The notes below the pieces were generated by a model, which did not search any database, was not told where the DNA came from, and saw only the letters and a program-made list of their open reading frames with translations. From a virus (lineage: Duplodnaviria > Heunggongvirae > Uroviricota > Caudoviricetes): DNA of 64,000 bases. Shown piece by piece: positions 1-8,633 of the stretch (its first letter is position 1; each line of letters begins with the position of its first letter). The DNA is taken from positions 1-64,000 of IMG/VR virus record IMGVR_UViG_3300046804_001058. The stretch is one strand, 5' to 3'. The translations under genes were made by a program, and so were the position numbers.

Positions 1-179
1 GATTTAGGGGGGGACCTAAGAATCACCACTTATCTAAACAGCTTATATAGTATGTACAAGTTTAGGGTTATAACTATATAGGTTATAAAAATAGTGCATA
101 ATATAGCATTCCTATTCTAGATAACTAAAATAGTTATTTGAGAATCAAAGGAATATACATACCTTTGCTTTAACTAATT

Positions 180-542
180 ATGGAACCAACAGAAAACAAG
201 AGGCTAATTGTTCAGAAGATGAAGAGACCAGTGGGGGATTCCTACGCTGTGGCTGAGAAGTACTATCATATACTGTCAGCTGTGAATGGTCTTGGATTGA
301 CAGAACGTGAGGTGCAGTTGATTGCTTTCACAGCCATCAAAGGTAACATCTCCTATGCCAACATTCGTGCTGAGTTCTGTGAGAAGTACAAAAGCTCGCC
401 CCCAACCATCAACAACATCATCTCCAAGCTAAAGAAGATTGGGGTGTTTGTCAAGGACGGTACCAAGGTGAAGGTCAACCCAGTCATCATACTAGACTTT
501 GAGAAGGACATCGTCTTACAAATAACGGTGAGCCATGGATAA
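180..542 (+). CDS. hypothetical protein (120 aa)
   Basis: Intact ORF after a 179-nt AT-rich leader; its end overlaps the next gene start by 8 nt. No motif recognised. Confidence 0.45.
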   Translation: MEPTENKRLIVQKMKRPVGDSYAVAEKYYHILSAVNGLGLTEREVQLIAFTAIKGNISYANIRAEFCEKYKSSPPTINNIISKLKKIGVFVKDGTKVKVNPVIILDFEKDIVLQITVSHG

Positions 543-888
543 GCCAATCTCAATGTCAGTGAAGGATTACCTAGTCAGGACACTAGCTGTTAAGATGATG
601 GTTTCTGAGAAAGTAATTGAGACGGTGGTAAATCATCAGTTCCAATCTGCCAATGAGGCAATGGACTTAAATAACAGCATAGAAATTTCTGGATTTGGAA
701 AGCTCTTCTTCAACCTAAAGAAGGCTGGAAAGAAAATAGATAAGCTACAAGCTAAGAAAGCTGCAATGGAACGTATTATAAATGATGTTAATACGTCTGA
801 ACAAAAGAGAAAGTCTTCTATTGTCACATTAGAAAAGACAATAGTGCAAATAAACCAACTTAAACCAAGAACTACATATGAAGATTAA
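535..888 (+). CDS. HU/IHF-like DNA-binding protein (Bacteroidetes HU family), Lys-rich C-terminal tail
   Basis: The segment '...SIEISGFGKLFFNLKKAGKK...' resembles the beta-arm region of HU/IHF ('LVGFGTF'); basic KK-rich tail; 117 aa. Tightly coupled to neighbouring genes. Confidence 0.4.
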   Translation: MDKPISMSVKDYLVRTLAVKMMVSEKVIETVVNHQFQSANEAMDLNNSIEISGFGKLFFNLKKAGKKIDKLQAKKAAMERIINDVNTSEQKRKSSIVTLEKTIVQINQLKPRTTYED

Positions 889-1177
889 CTTCTCACAAAT
901 CTATGAGGGTTGGAAAAACAACTTATTTCCAGCTGAGAACATGAGAGACTACATTAGACAAGTAGGTGAAGAGAGAATGGCTATATGTGAAGAATGTGAT
1001 CTCATATCAACAAAACACGAAACTGTCAGACCTGATGTTCATTGCAAAAACTGTGGATGTACATTAGCTGCTAAAACAAAATGTCTTTCATGTGCGTGTC
1101 CTCTTAACAAATGGGTGGCTGTTGTAGCTACACAGGAAGAAGAACAGGCACTTAAAAAAGAAGTTCATGGAAAATAA
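878..1177 (+). CDS. small Cys-rich zinc-ribbon protein
   Basis: CEEC...CKNCGC...CLSCAC gives four CxxC-type pairs in 99 aa. The start codon sits in a conserved AACTACATATG element. Confidence 0.45.
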   Translation: MKINFSQIYEGWKNNLFPAENMRDYIRQVGEERMAICEECDLISTKHETVRPDVHCKNCGCTLAAKTKCLSCACPLNKWVAVVATQEEEQALKKEVHGK

Positions 1178-1433
1178 TAACATCACTATAAGAAAAGTTC
1201 ACCTTGATACCTTCATAGAGATTCTAGTGGAGTTGTATAACAAAGGTGTAGACTATATTGATATTACAGGAGTGCAAGATGGTGCTGAAGATAAGATGGC
1301 TATCTCTTTCACCACTGATTATATGATGGATGGAGCTGAAGAAAACTTTAAAGATGTACCATTGGAAGGAATGGACATAAATGAGCTGTTAAACAAGAAA
1401 TTGTCTGACGAAGATTTGAACCAATTAATATGA
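1167..1433 (+). CDS. hypothetical acidic protein (88 aa)
   Basis: ORF whose start overlaps the upstream gene by 11 nt; acidic C-terminus. Confidence 0.4.
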   Translation: MENNNITIRKVHLDTFIEILVELYNKGVDYIDITGVQDGAEDKMAISFTTDYMMDGAEENFKDVPLEGMDINELLNKKLSDEDLNQLI

Positions 1434-1714
1434 GTAAGAAAAATCATTACGATAAAGCTCTTCATATACTACAAGAACTACATAAGAGTTTCCCTAATTA
1501 CAATTTAGGAAGACACCTATCTACAGCTCTTAGTGATTATGGAGACATTTGGGGGATGACAGATAAAGAGTTAGTATTTGCATTAGAGAAATACAGGACT
1601 GAAATAGAAATGGATGTCCCACATACAGATGAGTCTGAATTGGACAAGATCATTAAGGAAGGTATGGATCTTGATAACATTTTAAAAGAGGAAGAAGAAG
1701 ATGGCGACTATTAA
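1430..1714 (+). CDS. hypothetical protein (94 aa)
   Basis: ATGA stop-start overlap with the upstream ORF; acidic EEEEDGDY C-terminus. Confidence 0.4.
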   Translation: MSKKNHYDKALHILQELHKSFPNYNLGRHLSTALSDYGDIWGMTDKELVFALEKYRTEIEMDVPHTDESELDKIIKEGMDLDNILKEEEEDGDY

Positions 1715-2033
1715 AAAAACTACATATATAAATACAGAGCTTGAGTGGGCTGAGTCACAGCTTGTCTCATGGAAAGCTTATGTAGATGCAAACCCACTAC
1801 ATGAATTGAAAGATAGAATTGAGTGGAAACCTACAGCTAAAGGCGGAATGTTACCTATGGTAATAGCCAGTATTGAAGCTCAAGGTAAATTTGTACAGGA
1901 GACAATGAAAAACTACCTAGCTTTGGTAGAAGTGGTAGATAAGTTAAGAAGTGCAGAAGAGGCAAAGGTAGAAGTGAGAGGTAAAGGCGAGTTGTCTGGA
2001 GCAGCTGCTGAATTCTTAGCAAATAGAAAGTAA
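1701..2033 (+). CDS. hypothetical protein; terminase small subunit is possible from position only
   Basis: 110-aa ORF immediately upstream of, and translationally coupled (TAATG) to, the putative terminase large subunit. Confidence 0.3.
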   Translation: MATIKKTTYINTELEWAESQLVSWKAYVDANPLHELKDRIEWKPTAKGGMLPMVIASIEAQGKFVQETMKNYLALVEVVDKLRSAEEAKVEVRGKGELSGAAAEFLANRK

Positions 2034-4072
2034 TGCAACTACAGAATATAGATTATAAAGACTGGTTCATCAATCAGAAGAGACTTCCTGATAAGGACTC
2101 TGCTGAATGTAAACCTTTTTATGATTTTCATAGAGAGTTATGCTTGAACGGTGCTATGATGGGGGGTGTGTATATCAACCCCTTTTTGTATTGGCACCTA
2201 AACATCTGGCATACAGAGGTGGATGTTATTGATGATAGAGGAAGAATTGCACAAAAATATGCAAATCCGTTTTTGAGAGATAATGAGTGGCTGGTAACAA
2301 ACGAAATTGACAGGGCCCAACAGGAAAAAAAGGGCTTGGTTATTCTAGGTATTAGACGTTTTGCTAAGTCCGTTCTTGAAGCATCCTATATTGCATGGGG
2401 TGCAACATTTGATGAGAACTCCCAGAACATTATTGCTGGTTTGAATGCACCAGATATTAAACTTATTACGGATAAAATAGATAAAGGATTAAACTTTATC
2501 CCTGAGTATTGGAGATGGCAGAGGATTGAGGACAACTGGAAAAACCAGGTCACATTAGGTATTAAAACCAAGTCTGGTGAACGTATCCCATTCTCTTCCA
2601 TCCTAATACGTAACCTTGATGAAGGTAATAATGAAGAGGCAATTGCAGGTACAAAACCACGTAAACTAATTATAGATGAGATTGGTAAAGGTAATTTCCT
2701 TAGAGGCTTACAGGCAGCTATTCCTGGTTTCACTACACCCTATGGTTGGGGATGTTCTCCAATTCTTACAGGTACTGGTGGTGACATGAAGAAATTTCAG
2801 GATGCTAAGTCCTTGATGTTTGACGTAGATAACTTTAATTTCCTTACATATAATAATGCCAAAGATGATAAACGTGTACACGGATTGTTCATCCCAGCTA
2901 AATATAGAATGGAGGCAAAGGAGAAATCTACATTAGGTGCATTTTTAGATGAGCCTGTTGGATCTGATCTATACAACATTGAGATGTTGGTAGGAGATGA
3001 AGAGAGAGCTAGACAAATTACAGAAACTAATCTAGAAAGACTTAAGAAAGCTGGAGACAGAATAGCATATTTAAAGGAAAAGATGTACTATCCTATGGAA
3101 GTGGATGACATATTCCTTAACGAGGATACAAACATCTTTGATATTGAATCAGCTAAGAGACAGAAAACTAGATTGTTACAACAAGAAAGAACAGGAACTC
3201 CTGTTATATTGTTCTCTGGAGAGAGTGGTGTAGAACATGAGTTTACAGACAAGCTTCCTATCACTAACTTCCCTCTTAAGAATAGTGATACAAAGGATGC
3301 TCCTGTAGTTATATATGAATTCCCTGTAGAAAATCCACCTTATGGATTGTATGTAGCAGGAGTTGACCCCTACAGACAAGGTAAGTCTGCATATTCAAGT
3401 TCACTTGGGTCTGTATACATATATAAGAGGATGCATGAAATTAGTGGTGAGAAATATCAGGATATGTTCGTAGCTTCGTATTGTGCTAGACCTGATAAGA
3501 AAGAAACTTGGGAAGAACAAGCTAGATTGCTTATTAAGTATTATAATGCTAGAACACTGTGTGAGAATGATGATATATCATTCATAGAATATATGAAAGC
3601 CAAAGGGGATGCTCACTACTTAGAGAAGCAACCTGAATGGCTTAAAGAAATTGTTCCAAACACAACAGTTAAAAGAGATTATGGAATTCACCGTTCAAGT
3701 GACAAAATAATTGAGTATCTTCATACCTGCTTAAAGAAGTATATGGAGTCTGTAATATTCAAAGAAACTAATGAAGCTGGTGATACTATAAGAGAGGTGT
3801 TAGGTGTGAGTAAGATATTTGATCCTGTATTGCTTGAAGAGATTATCCAATACAATGATCAAGGTAACTTTGACCGTATCATTGCTGCTGAGCTAGCTAT
3901 TGCACAAGCTCTTAAGATGGACCCTATTATGGGTAAGATTGGTGGAACATCTGATGATAGAGTGAAGGCAATGTTCAGTAAGAAGAAAGGAAACATACTG
4001 TTTACAGAATCAAGAGGTGGGATGTTTGGAACCTCTAACAATAAATATAAAAGAAATAAATTGTTTACATAA
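2033..4072 (+). CDS. terL: terminase large subunit (ATPase plus nuclease)
   Basis: 679 aa. Deviant Walker A-like 'GIRRFAKS' and Walker B-like 'PRKLIIDEIG'. Sits immediately upstream of the portal-sized ORF, the usual terminase-then-portal order. Confidence 0.55.
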   Translation: MQLQNIDYKDWFINQKRLPDKDSAECKPFYDFHRELCLNGAMMGGVYINPFLYWHLNIWHTEVDVIDDRGRIAQKYANPFLRDNEWLVTNEIDRAQQEKKGLVILGIRRFAKSVLEASYIAWGATFDENSQNIIAGLNAPDIKLITDKIDKGLNFIPEYWRWQRIEDNWKNQVTLGIKTKSGERIPFSSILIRNLDEGNNEEAIAGTKPRKLIIDEIGKGNFLRGLQAAIPGFTTPYGWGCSPILTGTGGDMKKFQDAKSLMFDVDNFNFLTYNNAKDDKRVHGLFIPAKYRMEAKEKSTLGAFLDEPVGSDLYNIEMLVGDEERARQITETNLERLKKAGDRIAYLKEKMYYPMEVDDIFLNEDTNIFDIESAKRQKTRLLQQERTGTPVILFSGESGVEHEFTDKLPITNFPLKNSDTKDAPVVIYEFPVENPPYGLYVAGVDPYRQGKSAYSSSLGSVYIYKRMHEISGEKYQDMFVASYCARPDKKETWEEQARLLIKYYNARTLCENDDISFIEYMKAKGDAHYLEKQPEWLKEIVPNTTVKRDYGIHRSSDKIIEYLHTCLKKYMESVIFKETNEAGDTIREVLGVSKIFDPVLLEEIIQYNDQGNFDRIIAAELAIAQALKMDPIMGKIGGTSDDRVKAMFSKKKGNILFTESRGGMFGTSNNKYKRNKLFT

Positions 4073-6654
4073 TGGCAATTATAAGATATACAAAAGACGC
4101 AACAATCAGGTATGCCTACTTAAACATTTTCCCTGACCAGTTTAAAACTGAAAAGGAGAAGATGGATGAGAGTTGGATAAAGAATACTATGGACTACTTT
4201 GCAAACAAGGCTTATGCTGAGTATGTAAAGAACCGTGACACGTTTGTTAAGAACTATGATTTAGTAAAGGGTATCTTGAGACATGAGGATTTCTATCAAG
4301 AACCTGAGGTGAGAAGTTTTACAGATATGCTAACAGCTGACTTGCAGCTTCCTGCATATGTAAAACATTATTCTATTTTAACCACTCCTATCAATGAACT
4401 TGTAGGTGAGATTTCTAAAAGACCAGATGCTTTCCGTGTGAAAGCTTTTGATGATGATAGTAAGGCAGAAGAGTTAGAATTTAAAACTGGTATATTACAA
4501 GAATATGTAATCAGTCAAGCTAAGGCTAAAATACAACAACAAGCTGCTGAGAGAGGAGAAGAAATTGCTGATGAAGATTTACAGCAAATGACAATGGATC
4601 AAGTTCAAGATCAACTTGATAGCTATACATCTGTAGCTGAGAAGTGGGCTAACCACGTTCTTACAGCACAGAAGGCAGAATTTATTCTTAAAGAGAAATC
4701 TGAAGACGCATTCAGAGATTTATTAATTTCATCTAGAGAGTTCTATCATGTATATGAAGATAACTCTAAGGTGGGATTTAATGTAGAGGTGGCTAACCCT
4801 AAAAACACTTACTTCTTAACTACACCAGATAGAAAGTATATTTCAGATCCTACAGGTAGAGCACAAGGAGCATATGCTGCTGGTACTGTACAAGTTATGG
4901 AATTGTCAGAGATTATTGAATCTATCCCAGACTTAACCAAAGAAGAAATTGATCACTTACGTAGTTCATTACAGGATTATGGTTTGATCAACGTACGTGA
5001 ATCTAACCTTGGTAATCCTAATGCTATTCCAGGTCAAGACTCTGTACAATATGATACATATGACCCATTAGTTCTTCAGACTAGAATGGTTATTGAGTCT
5101 GAGATGAAAGAGAACAATGATGGCTTGAAAGACTTCTTAGGACTTACCTCTAATGTAAGCTCATTTGGATATAAGTATGTTGTTGTACGTACATACTGGA
5201 TTTCTAAGAAGAAGATTGGTAAGCTTATCTATACAGATGAGTTAGGTAATGAACAATCTATGCTTGTAGATGAGACTTATAAATCTGGTACTATTCCTAC
5301 AGAGATTTCATTAGAGTGGGGTTGGATTAACCAATGGTATCAGGGTATTAAGATTGGTCCAGACATCTATCACATTAAACCATTTAAGTTATTACCTTAT
5401 TGCCCTATCATTGGATTGGTTCATGAAATCAAAAATACAGAAGCTAAGAGCTTAGTAGACATGATGAAACCGTTCCAAGTTCTTTACAACGTTTGTATGA
5501 ATCAGTTATACAAGCTATTAGAGAAAGAAGTGGGTAAGGTGTATTTAACATCTATTAGACATATTCCTATTCCTAAAGATGGTGATGCTCAAGATGCATT
5601 GGATATTTGGGAAATGGAAGCACGTAACCGTGGTGTAATGTTTATTGATGACAGCCCTGAAAACTTGAAGAGCCCATCATCATTTAACCAGTTCCGTGAT
5701 ATTGACCTCACACGTACACAAGAGATTCAGTCAAGATATACTTTGGCACAACAATTGAAGAATGAGTGTTGGGAATTGATTGGTATGTCAAAGCAGCGTT
5801 TAGGATCTGTGTCAGCTAGTGAATCTGCTACAGGTACAAACACAGCTATTACACAATCATACTCTCAAACAGAACCCATCTTTGTTGCACATGAGTATGT
5901 ATTAGGTCAGTTGTACCAAGCAATCATTGATGCATCATTATATGTAGAATCTAAAAAGCCTGAGTCAACAATCTCTTACATTACTAATGAAGGAGAGTCT
6001 GCATTTGTACAGGTTAATGGTAATGATCTTAAGTTCCGTGACTTAAAAGTATATTTAACTAACAGACCTGAAGATCAGAAGATGTTCCAAGAAATTCGTG
6101 GATTGTCTCAAGCTGTTCTACAAAATGGTGGATCATTGCACGATATCATTGAGCTTTACAGCACTAACTCTATCCGTCAGATGAAGAAGGTGTTCAAGAC
6201 TCTTAAAGACCGTCAAGAGCAACTTCAGGATCAACAAATGCAACAACAACAGCAACAAATGGAGCAACAAAAACAAATTGCTGACCAACAAATTGCTGCC
6301 GCTCAACAACAACATGAACAAGAGCTTGCTCATCAGGATTACCAAAATGAGTTGGATAGAATTAATAAGAAAGAAATTGCAATCATTGCAGCTGAGGCTA
6401 AAGGTGGATTACCAGATGCAGATATGAATAACATTCCTGATGCATTAGAGATTGATAAGTTATCTCATGAACAATCAAAAGCTGCAAATGACTATCAATT
6501 AAAAATGGCTGATATTCAATCTAAAAGCTCATTAGCTGCTCAAAAGATAGCCGTAGAAAAAGAAAAATTAAAAGTGGCTAGAGAGAATCAAGTTAATGAT
6601 TTGAAGATTGCACAAATGAACGCTAAGAACAGAGCTAGTAAGAAAACCAAATAA
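4072..6654 (+). CDS. portal protein with Gln-rich coiled-coil C-terminal tail
   Basis: 860 aa, a size typical of crAss-like portals. Sits between terminase and the head-assembly genes. C-terminus has a poly-Q/coiled-coil stretch (QQMQQQQQQMEQQKQIADQQ...). Confidence 0.5.
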   Translation: MAIIRYTKDATIRYAYLNIFPDQFKTEKEKMDESWIKNTMDYFANKAYAEYVKNRDTFVKNYDLVKGILRHEDFYQEPEVRSFTDMLTADLQLPAYVKHYSILTTPINELVGEISKRPDAFRVKAFDDDSKAEELEFKTGILQEYVISQAKAKIQQQAAERGEEIADEDLQQMTMDQVQDQLDSYTSVAEKWANHVLTAQKAEFILKEKSEDAFRDLLISSREFYHVYEDNSKVGFNVEVANPKNTYFLTTPDRKYISDPTGRAQGAYAAGTVQVMELSEIIESIPDLTKEEIDHLRSSLQDYGLINVRESNLGNPNAIPGQDSVQYDTYDPLVLQTRMVIESEMKENNDGLKDFLGLTSNVSSFGYKYVVVRTYWISKKKIGKLIYTDELGNEQSMLVDETYKSGTIPTEISLEWGWINQWYQGIKIGPDIYHIKPFKLLPYCPIIGLVHEIKNTEAKSLVDMMKPFQVLYNVCMNQLYKLLEKEVGKVYLTSIRHIPIPKDGDAQDALDIWEMEARNRGVMFIDDSPENLKSPSSFNQFRDIDLTRTQEIQSRYTLAQQLKNECWELIGMSKQRLGSVSASESATGTNTAITQSYSQTEPIFVAHEYVLGQLYQAIIDASLYVESKKPESTISYITNEGESAFVQVNGNDLKFRDLKVYLTNRPEDQKMFQEIRGLSQAVLQNGGSLHDIIELYSTNSIRQMKKVFKTLKDRQEQLQDQQMQQQQQQMEQQKQIADQQIAAAQQQHEQELAHQDYQNELDRINKKEIAIIAAEAKGGLPDADMNNIPDALEIDKLSHEQSKAANDYQLKMADIQSKSSLAAQKIAVEKEKLKVARENQVNDLKIAQMNAKNRASKKTK

Positions 6655-6656
6655 CT

Positions 6657-7187
6657 ATGTTTGATAAACTGATTGATATAATAAGTCACTGGTGGTTACA
6701 AATAACCCCAGTGATTATTATCAGAGATTACGAAGAAGCTGTACTTTTAAGATTTGGAATATTTAACAAAGTGCTACTTGCAGGTATGCATTTTAAAATA
6801 CCTCTGATTGATGAAGTTATAGATCAACACGTAGTTGTTACAACATTAAGTTTAGATGCTCAATCTTTATATACTAAGGATAAGCAGAACATAGTTGTAA
6901 AAGGAGTGATCAAGTATAAGATATCAGATGTTAAGACATTCTTACTGGAAGTATATGATGCACAAGACGCTTTGTCAGATATGTCTCAAAGCATCATTAA
7001 GAATGTAATTATGTCTATGACGTTAGAAGAATGTACAGATTCAGAATTAGACAACACTCTTACTAAGAAAGTAAGGGTAGAAGCTAGGAAGTGGGGGGTT
7101 GAGGTTCAACAAGTTACGCTCACTGACCTTGCTCCAATTAGAAGCTTTAGATTTATAAACGACTCTTTTCTTAACAAATTAGATTAG
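6657..7187 (+). CDS. SPFH/band-7 (stomatin-prohibitin-like) domain protein, short form
   Basis: Hydrophobic N-terminus followed by '...LLRFGIFNKVLLAGMHFKIPLIDEV...' and a C-terminal 'WGVEVQQVTLTDLAP', matching the SPFH core ('RFG..V.EPGLHF.IPFID' ... 'WGIEV..V.I.DI'). Confidence 0.5.
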   Translation: MFDKLIDIISHWWLQITPVIIIRDYEEAVLLRFGIFNKVLLAGMHFKIPLIDEVIDQHVVVTTLSLDAQSLYTKDKQNIVVKGVIKYKISDVKTFLLEVYDAQDALSDMSQSIIKNVIMSMTLEECTDSELDNTLTKKVRVEARKWGVEVQQVTLTDLAPIRSFRFINDSFLNKLD

Positions 7188-7307
7188 AGTAAAAAATATT
7201 AATGCTATATTATCATAAATAATGATCCATATGGAGCACTATCTCTTTGATATTAATTTAGGATAATATACTTTTACATTACAAAACCAATTAAAACTCA
7301 ACTACAT

Positions 7308-8597
7308 ATGGCTGAAAATCTAGATAATCCAGGTTTTGGGAACTTTAGTATCCAAGATACAATGGAAATGGGAATGGGCAACGCTGAATTGTTAAACGAT
7401 TTAATGGGCCCTGATAGTGCTACATCTAATCCTGATGACATTCAGGATATTAATGACACTCCTCCAGCTCCTGCTCCTGAGAAAAAAACTACTTCTGTAC
7501 CTGCTAAGAAAGCAGATCCTGCAGCAAAATCTAGTGATGATACTTCAGATGATGCTCCTGATGAAAAGAAGTCTTTACAAGACTTTTTATTAGGTGGAGA
7601 TGATGATGAAGATAATGATGATGATTCAGATGATACTGATAATCAACAAGTTACAAAAACTAGTAAACAAGATAGTAAACAAGATGAAGCGGATGAAGAT
7701 GACGGAGATGAAGCTCCTGAATCAACATTCTCATCTTTATCCAAAGATCTTTTCAAACTTGGTGTATTCACTGAGGGTGATGAAGATGAAGAACCAATTA
7801 CAACTCCTGAACAATTCTTAGAGCGTTTTAATGCTGAAAAGAAGAAAGGAGCTATTGAAGTTGTTGACAACTTCTTAGGTCAATTTGGAGAAGATTACCG
7901 TAATGCGTTTGATGCCATATTTGTAAAAGGAGTAAATCCTAAAGATTACTTTGGTACATATAACCAAATTCAGTCATTTGCTGATATGGATCTTACACAA
8001 GAGTCAAATCAAGTATCTGTAATTAAACAAGCATTAGCAGATCAAGGTTTTGATGATGAAGATATTACTTCTGAAGTTGAAAGACTTAAGAATTATGGAG
8101 ATCTTGAGAATGTTGCTACAAAGCATCACAAGGTCTTAATAAAGAAAGAAGCTGCAAGGCTTCAACAAATGGAGCAAGAGAGAGAAGCACAATTGCAACA
8201 ACAAGCTCAATACAAACAGCAATATGCTAACAATGTAACTCAAGTGTTACAGGAGAAGCTAAAAGCTAAAGAGTTTGATGGTATTCCTCTTAATCCAAAA
8301 TTAGCTGGTGAACTACAAGATTTCTTAGTTACAGATAAGTATAAGACAAATTCTGGTGAAACATTAACAGACTTTGACCGTACTATTCTAGAACTTAAAC
8401 GTCCTGAGAATCATGAGAAAAAAGTAAAGGTGGCATTGCTACTTAAGATCTTAGAAAAAGATCCTACTTTATCTACGATTCAAAAGACTGGTGTCACCAA
8501 AAAGTCAAATGAATTGTTTGGTGAGGTAGCCAGACAAGTAAGTAAAAGTGCTGTGAAATCTAAACCATCTGCTAAACCTACCTCATGGTTTCAATAA
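7308..8597 (+). CDS. acidic coiled-coil protein, scaffolding-like
   Basis: 429 aa with a very D/E-rich N-terminal half (DDDEDNDDDSDDTD...) and a Q/E-rich coiled-coil segment; located between portal and capsid. Preceded by a 120-nt gap and the conserved start motif. Confidence 0.4.
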   Translation: MAENLDNPGFGNFSIQDTMEMGMGNAELLNDLMGPDSATSNPDDIQDINDTPPAPAPEKKTTSVPAKKADPAAKSSDDTSDDAPDEKKSLQDFLLGGDDDEDNDDDSDDTDNQQVTKTSKQDSKQDEADEDDGDEAPESTFSSLSKDLFKLGVFTEGDEDEEPITTPEQFLERFNAEKKKGAIEVVDNFLGQFGEDYRNAFDAIFVKGVNPKDYFGTYNQIQSFADMDLTQESNQVSVIKQALADQGFDDEDITSEVERLKNYGDLENVATKHHKVLIKKEAARLQQMEQEREAQLQQQAQYKQQYANNVTQVLQEKLKAKEFDGIPLNPKLAGELQDFLVTDKYKTNSGETLTDFDRTILELKRPENHEKKVKVALLLKILEKDPTLSTIQKTGVTKKSNELFGEVARQVSKSAVKSKPSAKPTSWFQ

Positions 8598-8633
8598 ACA
8601 ATTTCTATAACAAAAATTTAAAACAATAACAAA

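Noticed and set aside
871-880. CATATG (NdeI) sites at several start codons as a sign of an engineered or cloned sequence
   Set aside because: The motif sits in long, natural-looking conserved elements in an otherwise typical phage genome context. More likely a native initiation signal.
2386-4041. Several 60-115-aa minus-strand ORFs within the terminase gene
   Set aside because: Fully internal to a 679-aa + strand gene with terminase motifs. No independent support.
6133-6345. Minus-strand poly-Leu ORF (70 aa)
   Set aside because: Antisense of the poly-Q (CAA/CAG) tract of the portal gene.
7594-7870. Two small ORFs (+ and -) inside the scaffold-like gene
   Set aside because: Embedded in the low-complexity D/E-rich (GAT/GAA repeat) region of a longer, well-supported ORF.
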